Source: a virus
Lineage: Duplodnaviria; Caudoviricetes
IMG/VR virus record: IMGVR_UViG_3300010348_001841
DNA length: 64,000 nucleotides
Strand: one strand, 5' to 3'
The position numbers and the translations under genes were made by a program. Under the pieces are notes generated by a model that was not told where the DNA came from, searched no databases, and saw only the letters and a program-made list of their open reading frames with translations. Positions within the stretch are counted from its first letter, which is position 1. Every line of letters starts with the position of its first letter. This document shows, in pieces, positions 38,779-47,999 of this stretch.

Positions 38779-39360
38779 TTAGAACTCTCTTGTAGGATCT
38801 GAAACAAATGCTCGAAGTTCGTTTACGCGCCTCATCCAGCCATTGATAAATCTAGACTGCGAAGGATCCTTTGCTACAATGTTATTGTAGAATTGTTCAC
38901 GTTGGAGACATACAGACTCACAAAGAAGAAAAACATCAGCTTCGTTTGCTGCTTTGAGCGTTACAGGACCGATAGAACCATCGTCTGTTAGTCCAAGGGC
39001 ACGCTGCAAGAATTTTGCTGCTCTACCAGGGCCGCTATTCACTGCAATATCAAAATGTAGTGCTGCATAACGACCGGGCAATTGGTCACACTTTGATGCA
39101 AGCCAGTATTTCTTGTAATAGACATCTTTTGCTTCTGCCCATGTAAGATTTGTAATATCTAACTCTGGATTTGCATTTTTTGCAACACCAAATTTAGTTT
39201 CACCGCCACGATCGAGTGGGTCGTTAACATATCCTACGGCTTTTTTCTGTGCAGGTGTGGAGATTAGACCGGCCTCAACCTCTGGTGTTAATTTCCAGAA
39301 GCCACCGACTTCATACAACATTGCATGATCTACTGCTTTTTCGAATGCGGCTGAATACAT
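38779..39360 (-). CDS. Glycoside hydrolase family 108 lysozyme with peptidoglycan-binding domain
   Basis: YEVGG...YVNDPLDRGGETKFGV, FDIAVNSG, DGSIGPVTL, FINGWMRRV. Confidence 0.9.
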   Translation of the reverse strand: MYSAAFEKAVDHAMLYEVGGFWKLTPEVEAGLISTPAQKKAVGYVNDPLDRGGETKFGVAKNANPELDITNLTWAEAKDVYYKKYWLASKCDQLPGRYAALHFDIAVNSGPGRAAKFLQRALGLTDDGSIGPVTLKAANEADVFLLCESVCLQREQFYNNIVAKDPSQSRFINGWMRRVNELRAFVSDPTREF

Positions 39361-39382
39361 CTTATTCTCCTTTGTTTCTACC

Positions 39383-39404
39383 TATTTATGGACCTAGATA
39401 AATA
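39383..39404. promoter_or_regulatory. Back-to-back late promoters (lysozyme / resolvase)
   Basis: tatttatg 39383-39390 (-) and gataaata 39397-39404 (+). Confidence 0.6.
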
Positions 39405-39422
39405 ATGAAAACAGGGGTTATA

Positions 39423-39989
39423 ATGCCATCAAAAAGTAAAGCAAAAGGTAATGCATGGGAATTAGAAGTTTCTAAATTTCTAACAGACACCTATGGTGAG
39501 ACGTTTATCAGAATACCGTCATCTGGTGCGTTTGTGGGTGGCAAGAATAATGTTCGAAAAGAGATGTTAGGCGACGCGCAACTACAGAGCAAGAAGGGTG
39601 ATATTCATCCACCACAAGATTGGAAACACTGGAATATAGAATGTAAAAGCTATGCCGATTTCCCATTTCATCAACTTTGGTATGCAGATGTAAAAATCCT
39701 CGACGCCTGGATTCAACAACAGAAGGACGTCGAGGATGAGGGGGATCTAAACTTGATCCTGATAAAAATTACTCGAAAAGAAAAGTGGATTGTGTTCCCG
39801 GCAACTCTAGAATTTCAAACTTCTCGCTCATTTCTATATAAGGGTTGGCAATTTGTTCATTGGGAAGATTTTTGGTCTCGTCCACAAAATCTGGCATTGG
39901 TGAAAAAATATTCGGTAGAAGGTGTGGATTTAACTGATAAAATTTCTCATCAGTCATCTGAGACAATTCATCAAATGAGTCCAGCCTAA
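39423..39989 (+). CDS. Holliday-junction resolvase-like PD-(D/E)xK nuclease
   Basis: MPSKSKAKGNAWELEV...GDI...IECKSY; probable start 39423 (track start 39405). Confidence 0.75.
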   Translation: MPSKSKAKGNAWELEVSKFLTDTYGETFIRIPSSGAFVGGKNNVRKEMLGDAQLQSKKGDIHPPQDWKHWNIECKSYADFPFHQLWYADVKILDAWIQQQKDVEDEGDLNLILIKITRKEKWIVFPATLEFQTSRSFLYKGWQFVHWEDFWSRPQNLALVKKYSVEGVDLTDKISHQSSETIHQMSPA

Positions 39990-40485
39990 ACTTTTCAAAC
40001 TGGTTAAAGTATCCAATCTTTGAATCTTTATATTTCTTTGGGCGCTTTTTACTCCAGGTAATAATGTAGCGTTTCTTACCTGCATTTTGCCCATAGCATT
40101 CTCTTGCCATGGACTTAGCATAATATTCTGGCAGATATAAAAAGGAAACCGCTTCGGGAGAAATAGGATTAAAAATAGTTAATCTAATAGATCCCATTTT
40201 ACCTTCTACATTTCCAATTTCAGCCTTGCCTGTTTTTATATTGACAGTTCCTGTCTTTGAATCCGAATTATCGATATCATTGAAGTCGCGACCAGCTTCG
40301 TCAACAAAATCAAATTTTCCAGATTTAGCAATACTATGCTCTATGAGATTTTCTACATCTAATGCCTTAGGATAATTTTCTAATATTTTCAATGCACATT
40401 CCTGCATTAATATATCTTTAAAAATATCGAGCTTCTTAAAGATAATCTCGCGCATTAGTATTTGATGTTTTGTTGTATTATTCAT
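39769..40485 (-). CDS. Hypothetical protein, possible nuclease
   Basis: 238-aa ORF coupled to the gp46 stop; VDEAGRDFNDIDNSDSK is weakly PD-(D/E)xK-like. Confidence 0.45.
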   Translation of the reverse strand: MNNTTKHQILMREIIFKKLDIFKDILMQECALKILENYPKALDVENLIEHSIAKSGKFDFVDEAGRDFNDIDNSDSKTGTVNIKTGKAEIGNVEGKMGSIRLTIFNPISPEAVSFLYLPEYYAKSMARECYGQNAGKKRYIITWSKKRPKKYKDSKIGYFNQFEKFRLDSFDELSQMTDEKFYQLNPHLLPNIFSPMPDFVDETKNLPNEQIANPYIEMSEKFEILELPGTQSTFLFE

Positions 40486-42256
40486 TTGTTTCTGTATTCT
40501 CGAGGCTTGTGAAACCGCCTTCCTTAACTACTTTCAGCACATTAGAAACTCTACCCACAAGTTCATCTCTGTGAGAGATTAAGAAAATATTTCTCTTATG
40601 CTCTCTACCCATCTTCTTCAAAATAGCCAGAGCCGATTCGACACCACTGGAATCAAGTCCAGAGTCAATAAGTTCGTCAATGAATAACAGATTGATTTTA
40701 TCATTCATTGATTCAAACACATCGCGGAACGACCAAGACAGTGATAGAATTAATCTTGTGCGTTCCCCTCTGCTTAGATTATCAAAGTCAAACTCTTTAC
40801 CGTACATTGTGATTTCTACTTCTAGGTCAGATTTGAACTTCACTGCGTGAGGTAGACCAATGTCTAGCAGATAATGTGCTAGTCTGTGATTTAGATAGGC
40901 TAGGTTTTGATCAATGATCTTCTTACGAATAAAGCTATCTTTGTTGGTTAGTAACTTCAATAGGAATTCTTGATGATCCCTAAGTTTTACCAATTCATTA
41001 AGCTTTGTAAAATCAATTTCTTGTAGACCGTTTTTCTGTAAGGATTCAATTTGATCTACAAATGGATTTAGTGTAGATAATTCCTGTTCAAGGCTATTGC
41101 CCAGGGTGCTGAGCGTACTCTTATGATTGTATGCCTCATCGAGAGTTTCATAGAAAGTGTCCGGCATTGTAGGAATCATTGATTTTACAGACTCCACTAA
41201 TGTCTTTACTTCATCCCTCTTTGCAATTTTTTCAGCAAGCTTTCTTGCTTCCTCTTCTTGTTGCTTTAGATACTCGTCATGAACTGCCTTATGAGTATCC
41301 TTATCCATTTCTTGACTACATGTAGGACAGATTTTTTGAACAGAGGATGTGAGCAACCTTGCAATCTTTGCATTATTTTTGGTTGAACTTTCGACATCTT
41401 TTTCGAGTGCGGCAAGTTCTTTTGCCAGCGAGCGATATTCTGATGTTAAGTCCTCAATGTCTTTCTTAGACTTGTGAGATTGAATTTCAACATCAATGTC
41501 TAACGAGAGTAACTCTGTAATAGACGCCCGGAGTTTATTGATTTTCTGTTCCTTGGACCTATCCCACGCCGATGACTTTGTAACCAGGCTTTGAATATTT
41601 GCCTCGATTCGCTTATTTGCCTCAGTGGCTGCAGAAATTCTAAACTCTTCCTCTTTAATCTCGTCTCGTGTAATCTTTGCTTCATCCTTTAGCTTTTCAG
41701 CTTTCTCAGAGAGTTTCGTAATACCGAGTAGTTGCTCAATAATCACACGCTGATCATTTGTCTTTAATGCAAGAAATGGCTCAACATAGGTATTCAATGC
41801 AAGAATGTGTTTGAACATGTCATGCGAAATACCGATAGTTCTCTCAATTTCTTCTTGGGTATGACGATTTTCGCCCTGTGCATCGTCAGTTTCGCCGGTA
41901 GTGTCGTCTTCTTTTTCTTCGCCGACAATGAACCTAAAGATACCGGGTTTGCGTCCGCGCTCAATTTTGTAAGATTGACCATTAATTTCAAACGTAAGGG
42001 TGACCAACATGTGCTTCATGTTGGACTTATTGATTAGGTTATCTTTCTTGATGTTGGTGAGCGCAGATCCAAACAATGCATAACTTAATGCATTTACAAT
42101 TGTGGATTTACCTACGCCGTTTCTGTTATCATTGCCACCAAGGTCAAGATTTTCACCAAGTACAAGAACAAGATCATCTTTACTGAAATTTATAGACTGA
42201 GTAACGTTACCGATACTCATGAAGTTTTTTATTGTTAACCCATTCAGTTTAATCAT
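40478..42256 (-). CDS. gp46: Recombination endonuclease ATPase subunit (gp46 / SbcC / Rad50-like)
   Basis: IKNFMSIGN, NGVGKST Walker A, CPTC zinc hook, LSRGE signature, LLFIDE, ISH. Confidence 0.95.
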   Translation of the reverse strand: MIKLNGLTIKNFMSIGNVTQSINFSKDDLVLVLGENLDLGGNDNRNGVGKSTIVNALSYALFGSALTNIKKDNLINKSNMKHMLVTLTFEINGQSYKIERGRKPGIFRFIVGEEKEDDTTGETDDAQGENRHTQEEIERTIGISHDMFKHILALNTYVEPFLALKTNDQRVIIEQLLGITKLSEKAEKLKDEAKITRDEIKEEEFRISAATEANKRIEANIQSLVTKSSAWDRSKEQKINKLRASITELLSLDIDVEIQSHKSKKDIEDLTSEYRSLAKELAALEKDVESSTKNNAKIARLLTSSVQKICPTCSQEMDKDTHKAVHDEYLKQQEEEARKLAEKIAKRDEVKTLVESVKSMIPTMPDTFYETLDEAYNHKSTLSTLGNSLEQELSTLNPFVDQIESLQKNGLQEIDFTKLNELVKLRDHQEFLLKLLTNKDSFIRKKIIDQNLAYLNHRLAHYLLDIGLPHAVKFKSDLEVEITMYGKEFDFDNLSRGERTRLILSLSWSFRDVFESMNDKINLLFIDELIDSGLDSSGVESALAILKKMGREHKRNIFLISHRDELVGRVSNVLKVVKEGGFTSLENTETNE

Positions 42257-42259
42257 GCA

Positions 42260-43276
42260 TTATAGCCTGTCGTAAATTTCTATCAGTTTATTTGTATCAA
42301 AAGAATCACTATCAATGTTTGTTAACTGTTCAATAACAATTTGATCAACGGTTTGAAAAGTAATATCTCCGGAATAATCTTTCTCGAGTTCGTCTTCTTG
42401 ATTGCGAATTAACTTAAATTCACGAACATCATATTGCTCAACAAATGTCTCTCTAAGAAATGTGGCCTCTTCGTAGGTAATATCTAAATCAAGCATTACC
42501 TGAAGGTATGTTTTGGGCTTTAGATATATCTCTGGATTTTCGAGAAGAGCTGATAGATTTATGTTGATGAATCGCGGACCATTTTCATAGTTCACGTATT
42601 CTGGTTCTTTATCCCATTCAAGGAACATTGCACCTCTATCAAAGTCCCAGACGTCAGAAAAGTTATGACCAAAGGGATTACCGATATATTCGATATTTGA
42701 TTTATTTTGTCTCTTATGAAAGTGTCCAGAAAAGACATAGTCCTGATGCTTAAAGTGAGATGTATTTAATGCACCATGGTCAGGCATTTCTACCATAGCA
42801 TTCATTTTGAAGCCGGGTAATTCAAGGTGTCCAAATAGATATTTGGTCTTAATCTCAGCCACTTCCTTCCATTCTTCATCTACGAGCCAAGGGATAAGTG
42901 CTACATCACCCTCAATGAATGGCTTATCAACAAGAACAATGTTTGGGAATTCGCTACCCACAACCATAGAGTGAATGTCACGCTTTTCTCTATAGAAAAG
43001 ATCATGGTTCCCCACCATGACGTATGTTTTCTTAAAGCCGGCATTAAGCTTTCGCAGTGCCTGCATCGTATAGTCGAGTGTAAGAATATTGATGTTTGAT
43101 CGGTGATGGTGCCAGTCACCTAAAAAGAGGCACGTTTCCGCACCCCTTGCTTTTGCTTCTGCAATCAGCCAGTCAATAAAATCAAGGCAATCTTGATTAT
43201 GCTGCTTCGAATTGTGTCTCAATCCAAAGTGTATATCGCTGAAGCATGCTACCTTCTGAAATAGATTAGTTGTCAT
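42260..43276 (-). CDS. gp47: Recombination endonuclease subunit (gp47 / SbcD / Mre11-like)
   Basis: SDIHFG, LGDWHH, VGNHD, GHLE, SGHFH metallophosphoesterase motifs. Confidence 0.95.
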   Translation of the reverse strand: MTTNLFQKVACFSDIHFGLRHNSKQHNQDCLDFIDWLIAEAKARGAETCLFLGDWHHHRSNINILTLDYTMQALRKLNAGFKKTYVMVGNHDLFYREKRDIHSMVVGSEFPNIVLVDKPFIEGDVALIPWLVDEEWKEVAEIKTKYLFGHLELPGFKMNAMVEMPDHGALNTSHFKHQDYVFSGHFHKRQNKSNIEYIGNPFGHNFSDVWDFDRGAMFLEWDKEPEYVNYENGPRFININLSALLENPEIYLKPKTYLQVMLDLDITYEEATFLRETFVEQYDVREFKLIRNQEDELEKDYSGDITFQTVDQIVIEQLTNIDSDSFDTNKLIEIYDRL

Positions 43277-44219
43277 CTCTTACGGAATCCTGTGCATCTT
43301 CACGAAGTCTTCTAATTTCTTCTTCAATTGCAAGTTGACGCGAGAAGCTCGGGCTTGCGCCACTGTCGATTAATAGATCATCGCGTAGATCTTGATTCCT
43401 TTTTTCAAGGTTAAGAACTCTGGTAAAACTGTTAGAAACACTTGCTGTATAGTACGAGAATGGATTATCTGATTTATATTCATCAAACTGTAGACCCATC
43501 TGTGCAAGTTGTAGCAATGCCTGACCCTTCATTTCTTCAAGATATGTATAGCCACGCCAGTTACTTCTTTGAGCATACTTATTGACCATAAGTATGAACA
43601 TTTTTGCAAGCTTGTTAGTAATAGATCCGCGTTCGAGATTGAATTTGCCATTCTTAGAATGCGATCTACCAACTTCCTTAGCTACTCCATTCTCAATGAT
43701 ATAGTGCTTGAATGGTGCAAAATTTAGCTTCATGTAATTATCTGCTTCACTCTTTGGATTCTTTTTTCTTCCAGGCGCCAAAGGAATGTGCTCAAATGTT
43801 AAGACTCTGAAAACTAAATCATCAACTGAGATAGTCTCGGGTTTAATTTTAAATTCAGCCAAGCGCGGCTTATCGGCCTTTGTTGTGATAACAGTATTGG
43901 CCAAGGCTGCCTCGAAAGCCAAAACTGCCAGACGCGATGCCCTTGATGCTTTTGCTTCTTCTTGCTTCTCGGGGACAAAAATATCCTCAAGCTTCTCTAC
44001 AATCAAGTCATAGTCGCCGTACTTCGGATCAATATATTCACTAAAAGAATTTTTACTTTTATGAATTTCGCGGAGCATGTCCTTGTTATTAAGATAATTG
44101 ATCTTCTTTACAGGAGCAGCTATGACAACCTCTGGTTCAATTTCAGGCTCAATATCTTTGTCTTCTTCAATATCCTCAATAATATCAAGGATATCTTCAT
44201 CGTTCTCATTGTCAATCAT
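43266..44219 (-). CDS. gp55: Late-transcription sigma factor (gp55-like)
   Basis: NYLNNKDML, RSNWRGYTYLEEM, FDEYKSDNPFSYYT; next to gp47/gp46. Confidence 0.9.
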   Translation of the reverse strand: MIDNENDEDILDIIEDIEEDKDIEPEIEPEVVIAAPVKKINYLNNKDMLREIHKSKNSFSEYIDPKYGDYDLIVEKLEDIFVPEKQEEAKASRASRLAVLAFEAALANTVITTKADKPRLAEFKIKPETISVDDLVFRVLTFEHIPLAPGRKKNPKSEADNYMKLNFAPFKHYIIENGVAKEVGRSHSKNGKFNLERGSITNKLAKMFILMVNKYAQRSNWRGYTYLEEMKGQALLQLAQMGLQFDEYKSDNPFSYYTASVSNSFTRVLNLEKRNQDLRDDLLIDSGASPSFSRQLAIEEEIRRLREDAQDSVRDDN

Positions 44220-44248
44220 TTAGAAATTCTCCAGAAATAGTTTTCGTT

Positions 44249-44277
44249 AGTATAGACGGTCTGTAACAATTCGTCAA
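44249..44277 (-). promoter_or_regulatory. Sigma70-type early promoter for the gp55-gp47-gp46 operon
   Basis: Minus strand TTGACG (44277-44272), 17-nt spacer, TATACT (44254-44249). Confidence 0.8.
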
Positions 44278-44311
44278 GGGTTTCAGGATAAAACCCTGTT
44301 TTATAAACCAA

Positions 44312-44319
44312 GATAAATA
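44312..44319 (+). promoter_or_regulatory. Late promoter GATAAATA for the baseplate operon
   Basis: Directly upstream of the AGGAG RBS and ATG 44337. Confidence 0.65.
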
Positions 44320-44336
44320 AGCAAAAGGAGACAAGC

Positions 44337-45020
44337 ATGCCACAACAAGACTTCCGTGCCCGCTTACAGCCAAAAGATATAAATTCTGCACAAGACATTC
44401 TTGGACCAAGGGATCCTTCTAACCTCCTGTTTCCTTTGTATCAAACAAATGGTGTCCTATTTCCTTATACACCATCAGTGACAACTGGTAACGTCGCCGA
44501 ATACGATCCGTCAAGCTTCATTCATTCGAACTACGGATACAATGCATATGTGAGATCATATCCTAAGCCAATCAGTATAACCGCCGAATTTACAGCGCAG
44601 ACAAATGAAGAGGCCCTTTATTTATTGGCGGTCTTGCATTTCTTCCGATCCGTTACGAAATCTTATTTTGGTATTAATCCATATAATAAGGCAGGAACAC
44701 CTCCCCCTGTTTTAATATTCAACTACCTCGGTGATTATCAATTTAATAATGTGCCGGTACTTGTAAAATATTTTGATTATACCTATGAAGCTAATATCGA
44801 CTATGTTGCTGTGAACACATCTACGACAGGTGCAACGACTATTGTCGAAAATCGCCGTGTAAGTCTTCCACCAGGTTCGTCGTCCGGATGGACTTATGTG
44901 CCGACACATATTACAGTTTCATTAGAATTAGATACTCAATATATTCCTATTCAGTTACGAAATGAATTTAATCTAGATGAATTTAGGACAGGCAAACTTA
45001 TAAACAAAGGATATATTTAA
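44337..45020 (+). CDS. Baseplate / tail-tube initiator protein (gp48/gp54-like)
   Basis: GVLFPYTP...HSNY...GTPPPVL.F...G...FNNVPVLV..F; first gene of the baseplate cluster. Confidence 0.55.
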   Translation: MPQQDFRARLQPKDINSAQDILGPRDPSNLLFPLYQTNGVLFPYTPSVTTGNVAEYDPSSFIHSNYGYNAYVRSYPKPISITAEFTAQTNEEALYLLAVLHFFRSVTKSYFGINPYNKAGTPPPVLIFNYLGDYQFNNVPVLVKYFDYTYEANIDYVAVNTSTTGATTIVENRRVSLPPGSSSGWTYVPTHITVSLELDTQYIPIQLRNEFNLDEFRTGKLINKGYI

Positions 45021-45307
45021 TGGCACAAAATTCAAAAGATACAAGTCAATATCTCTTGACGCCAATTCGCGACTGGTATCTTGATGTTTGGGTTCCGCGA
45101 AATGTGCCTAAAAGTGACTTTGATAAGATAATTAGAATTCCACCGGAATTCAATCAACGCCCAGATCTTTTAAGTCAACAAGAATACGGAACACCGAGGT
45201 TGTGGTGGGTATTTTGCATGAGAAATCCGGATCTGATGAACGACCCAATTGAAGATTTTCTAGCCGGTCTTGAAATTTATATTCCTACAAATATTCTAAA
45301 GCAATAA
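45020..45307 (+). CDS. gp53: Baseplate wedge LysM-like protein (gp53-like)
   Basis: RPDLLSQQEYGTPRLWWVFCMRN...IYIP. Confidence 0.75.
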   Translation: MAQNSKDTSQYLLTPIRDWYLDVWVPRNVPKSDFDKIIRIPPEFNQRPDLLSQQEYGTPRLWWVFCMRNPDLMNDPIEDFLAGLEIYIPTNILKQ

Positions 45308-45308
45308 C

Positions 45309-47999
45309 ATGGCTAACGATAAATCATTTATGAAGCCCGGCGGAGCAAGAAGGGGCGGAAGTGCTACTGAGCAACGCCTCAGTGCAAGAGTGGCCACAAG
45401 CGATGGCGCACCCAATGCGGCAGGATACGGCAGAGGATCCTATGTCGGATATAAGCCGCCGCAGGATAGCAACGAAACTAACGTTTACTCACACGAGGGT
45501 AAAAATTACAAAGACAATCCAGTAGAAGATACAGAAAAAATCATTATTGATTTCCAGCCTAATATTCTTGATCACTTTGATGCTGTAACATATCATTGGA
45601 AACTTTTTATTGTTTCGCCCGCAGCAGCATCAACAGGTGCTATTTTTACCAATACTAATCAAATTGTAATTGCTGAAAGCGGTGTATCGGACCTGACCAT
45701 CGATAAAGTAGAGATGAGGGGTGTGGCAGTACCATCGCTTGAAGCTGGCACTGGAACCCAGACAACATTCAAGTTTGAAATTGTTGAACCATCCGGCGCA
45801 GGCCTTATGGATAAAATTTTCTATGAGTCAGTCTCATTAGGAATTGGAAACTGGCTCGTAATGCCTTTGTATTTACAATTAGAATTTAGGGCAAGAACTC
45901 CGGACACATCGAATGCTGTAACAGATGGCGCACCTAGTGCCATAAGTGGAAAAAGATGGCTTTGGCCAATAAAGATGACTGGCACAAAGGCCAACGTTAC
46001 AACAGTCGGTACACGATATGAATTCGAAGCAGTATCCTACAACGAATACGGCCAGAGTAATACTAACTTCTCAATTCAACATAACGTTACTTTAACAAGA
46101 ATTGACACCTTTGGTAATGCCATGGAGGAGCTACAGAAAAAGCTTAACCAAGATCAATACCTAAAGCTCATCGATAACTACAGTATTCCTAACCAATATC
46201 GAATTGTTGTTGACCCTAGCCTACAGAACGAACCCATCACCCCTGTCAATAACAAACAAAACTCTATTCGTAGTAATTCATTTAGCACCTTTAGTGAAAA
46301 GTCGGCTACATTTAATAGTAGTACAGGTATAGATAAAATTATCGATACCCTTCTTGCGACAACAAAAAAGTATCAAGAAGAACTCCTTGGCGCAAGCACA
46401 CCCGGTGCGGAAGGATTGCCATTGAATGCCGAAACTAGTCAGATGAAAAAGTTTTGGAGAATTGTTACTGAAACTCGACCTATTGGGTACGATAAAAGAC
46501 GCGAAGATAATGCTATTGAAATTATTATCTATGTTATTCCGTATAACATTGGAATTCTTGATTCTAATACATTTCAAAATGCCCAGCCACCGTTTACTGA
46601 CGTTGCAAGCCTTAGGCGTTTCAAGACATATGTTAAAAATAACATTCTAAAGAAGAAATATAATTATATCTTTACTGGCCTAAATGATCAGATTATTTCC
46701 TTTGATCTAAATTTGAATTTCGCATTTGCATCAGCAGTATCGAGATACGGTGGTATTTACTTAAACTCGGCAACAGCTGACAAAGGTGTCGTTACTCAAG
46801 ATAACTCTGAAACAGAAAGACAAATTACTGAAAAGCTAAGAAAAGCCCTATCGTTTATTTTTGATCCACAGTCAACATCTTTCAGGACTGGTGAAAAAGC
46901 AATTGCTGATGCACAAGAGGCAATTAATAATTCAGATCTGTCACCTGAATTGAAAAATAGATATACTCAAATTTTAACTCATGCAAAGGCGCCGGACAAA
47001 TTAGTTAATGCAACAGTTCAGGCAAATAAGCAGAGCAATGACGGGACCCTATCGGGATATTCAAAGCTTGCTAATTCCTTGGCCCAACCCCTAGGCGACA
47101 ATATCCCGGCATTTGTATCAGATGTAAATCTAACATCGGCTGCAACCGCCGATGCATATAATGAATTCTTAGAAAATACAAAAACAAAAATCAGACCCAT
47201 CGCACACCTTGAACAAGTTCATGAAAAGTCGGTAGGTCAAGGCATTGAGGCAAATAGTAATTCTGGAATTTCAAAACTTGCTACCATGTTCTCAGTCGCC
47301 CTGCACTCGTCGCTTGATGCTAACCTGCAATCCATTAAGATGCAGATTAAGGGTGATCCTTTTTGGATTTTCCCGGGCCTTGTTGATAATACAAAAAATT
47401 CTATCTATATTTCCTCTTCGTTGTCTGACAGCGAGGCGTTAGATTATCTAAAGAACTATCATAATTTAGTACCAGACAGTGCTAATTATTATGGCACAGA
47501 CAATTTCATGGTATTAAGATTTAGGACACCGAGAATCTATAATCTTGAAACAAATGACGGAAATCTTGATCCCTATACACAGGTAGAAACATTTAGTGGT
47601 GTCTACAAGGTTGTAATGGTAAACAGCAGATTTGAAATGGGCAAATTTGTTCAGGAACTTGAATGTATTCTTGACCCTGTTATTAATATTTCCGATATAT
47701 CGAGGTATATTGAGGAAGAAGCAAAGAATCCACAAATTATTACAATTGAAAAGAATAGCACAGGGCTAGTGCCTATTACCTCAGAGAAAACTGATAGATT
47801 ATCAGTAAAATTACCAAGTCCTCCGGGCATCGTAAATACAATCAGAGACCAGGCAGGAAAAGCAGTCGAACTAGGTAAGGCAGCAATAGGTAGTGCTGAT
47901 AGGGCATTATCGAATATTCCCGCGCCTTCAAGTTTATCACCAGACGAAATTATTCTCAGGAGAAAAGCCGAGTTTACTAAGTCAAGGACATCTTCATGA
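45309..47999 (+). CDS. Baseplate hub protein (gp27-like)
   Basis: Located between gp53 and gp5; IKGDPFW and FSGVYKVVMVNSRFEMGKFVQEL hub-type C-terminal motifs. Confidence 0.55.
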   Translation: MANDKSFMKPGGARRGGSATEQRLSARVATSDGAPNAAGYGRGSYVGYKPPQDSNETNVYSHEGKNYKDNPVEDTEKIIIDFQPNILDHFDAVTYHWKLFIVSPAAASTGAIFTNTNQIVIAESGVSDLTIDKVEMRGVAVPSLEAGTGTQTTFKFEIVEPSGAGLMDKIFYESVSLGIGNWLVMPLYLQLEFRARTPDTSNAVTDGAPSAISGKRWLWPIKMTGTKANVTTVGTRYEFEAVSYNEYGQSNTNFSIQHNVTLTRIDTFGNAMEELQKKLNQDQYLKLIDNYSIPNQYRIVVDPSLQNEPITPVNNKQNSIRSNSFSTFSEKSATFNSSTGIDKIIDTLLATTKKYQEELLGASTPGAEGLPLNAETSQMKKFWRIVTETRPIGYDKRREDNAIEIIIYVIPYNIGILDSNTFQNAQPPFTDVASLRRFKTYVKNNILKKKYNYIFTGLNDQIISFDLNLNFAFASAVSRYGGIYLNSATADKGVVTQDNSETERQITEKLRKALSFIFDPQSTSFRTGEKAIADAQEAINNSDLSPELKNRYTQILTHAKAPDKLVNATVQANKQSNDGTLSGYSKLANSLAQPLGDNIPAFVSDVNLTSAATADAYNEFLENTKTKIRPIAHLEQVHEKSVGQGIEANSNSGISKLATMFSVALHSSLDANLQSIKMQIKGDPFWIFPGLVDNTKNSIYISSSLSDSEALDYLKNYHNLVPDSANYYGTDNFMVLRFRTPRIYNLETNDGNLDPYTQVETFSGVYKVVMVNSRFEMGKFVQELECILDPVINISDISRYIEEEAKNPQIITIEKNSTGLVPITSEKTDRLSVKLPSPPGIVNTIRDQAGKAVELGKAAIGSADRALSNIPAPSSLSPDEIILRRKAEFTKSRTSS

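Noticed and set aside
39362-39405. RBS-masking hairpin for the lysozyme gene, like T4 gene e
   Set aside because: The possible UUAUUUAUCU/AGGAGAAUAA pairing is almost all A-U/G.U with a mismatch, and is explained by the opposing promoter motif. Too weak to call.
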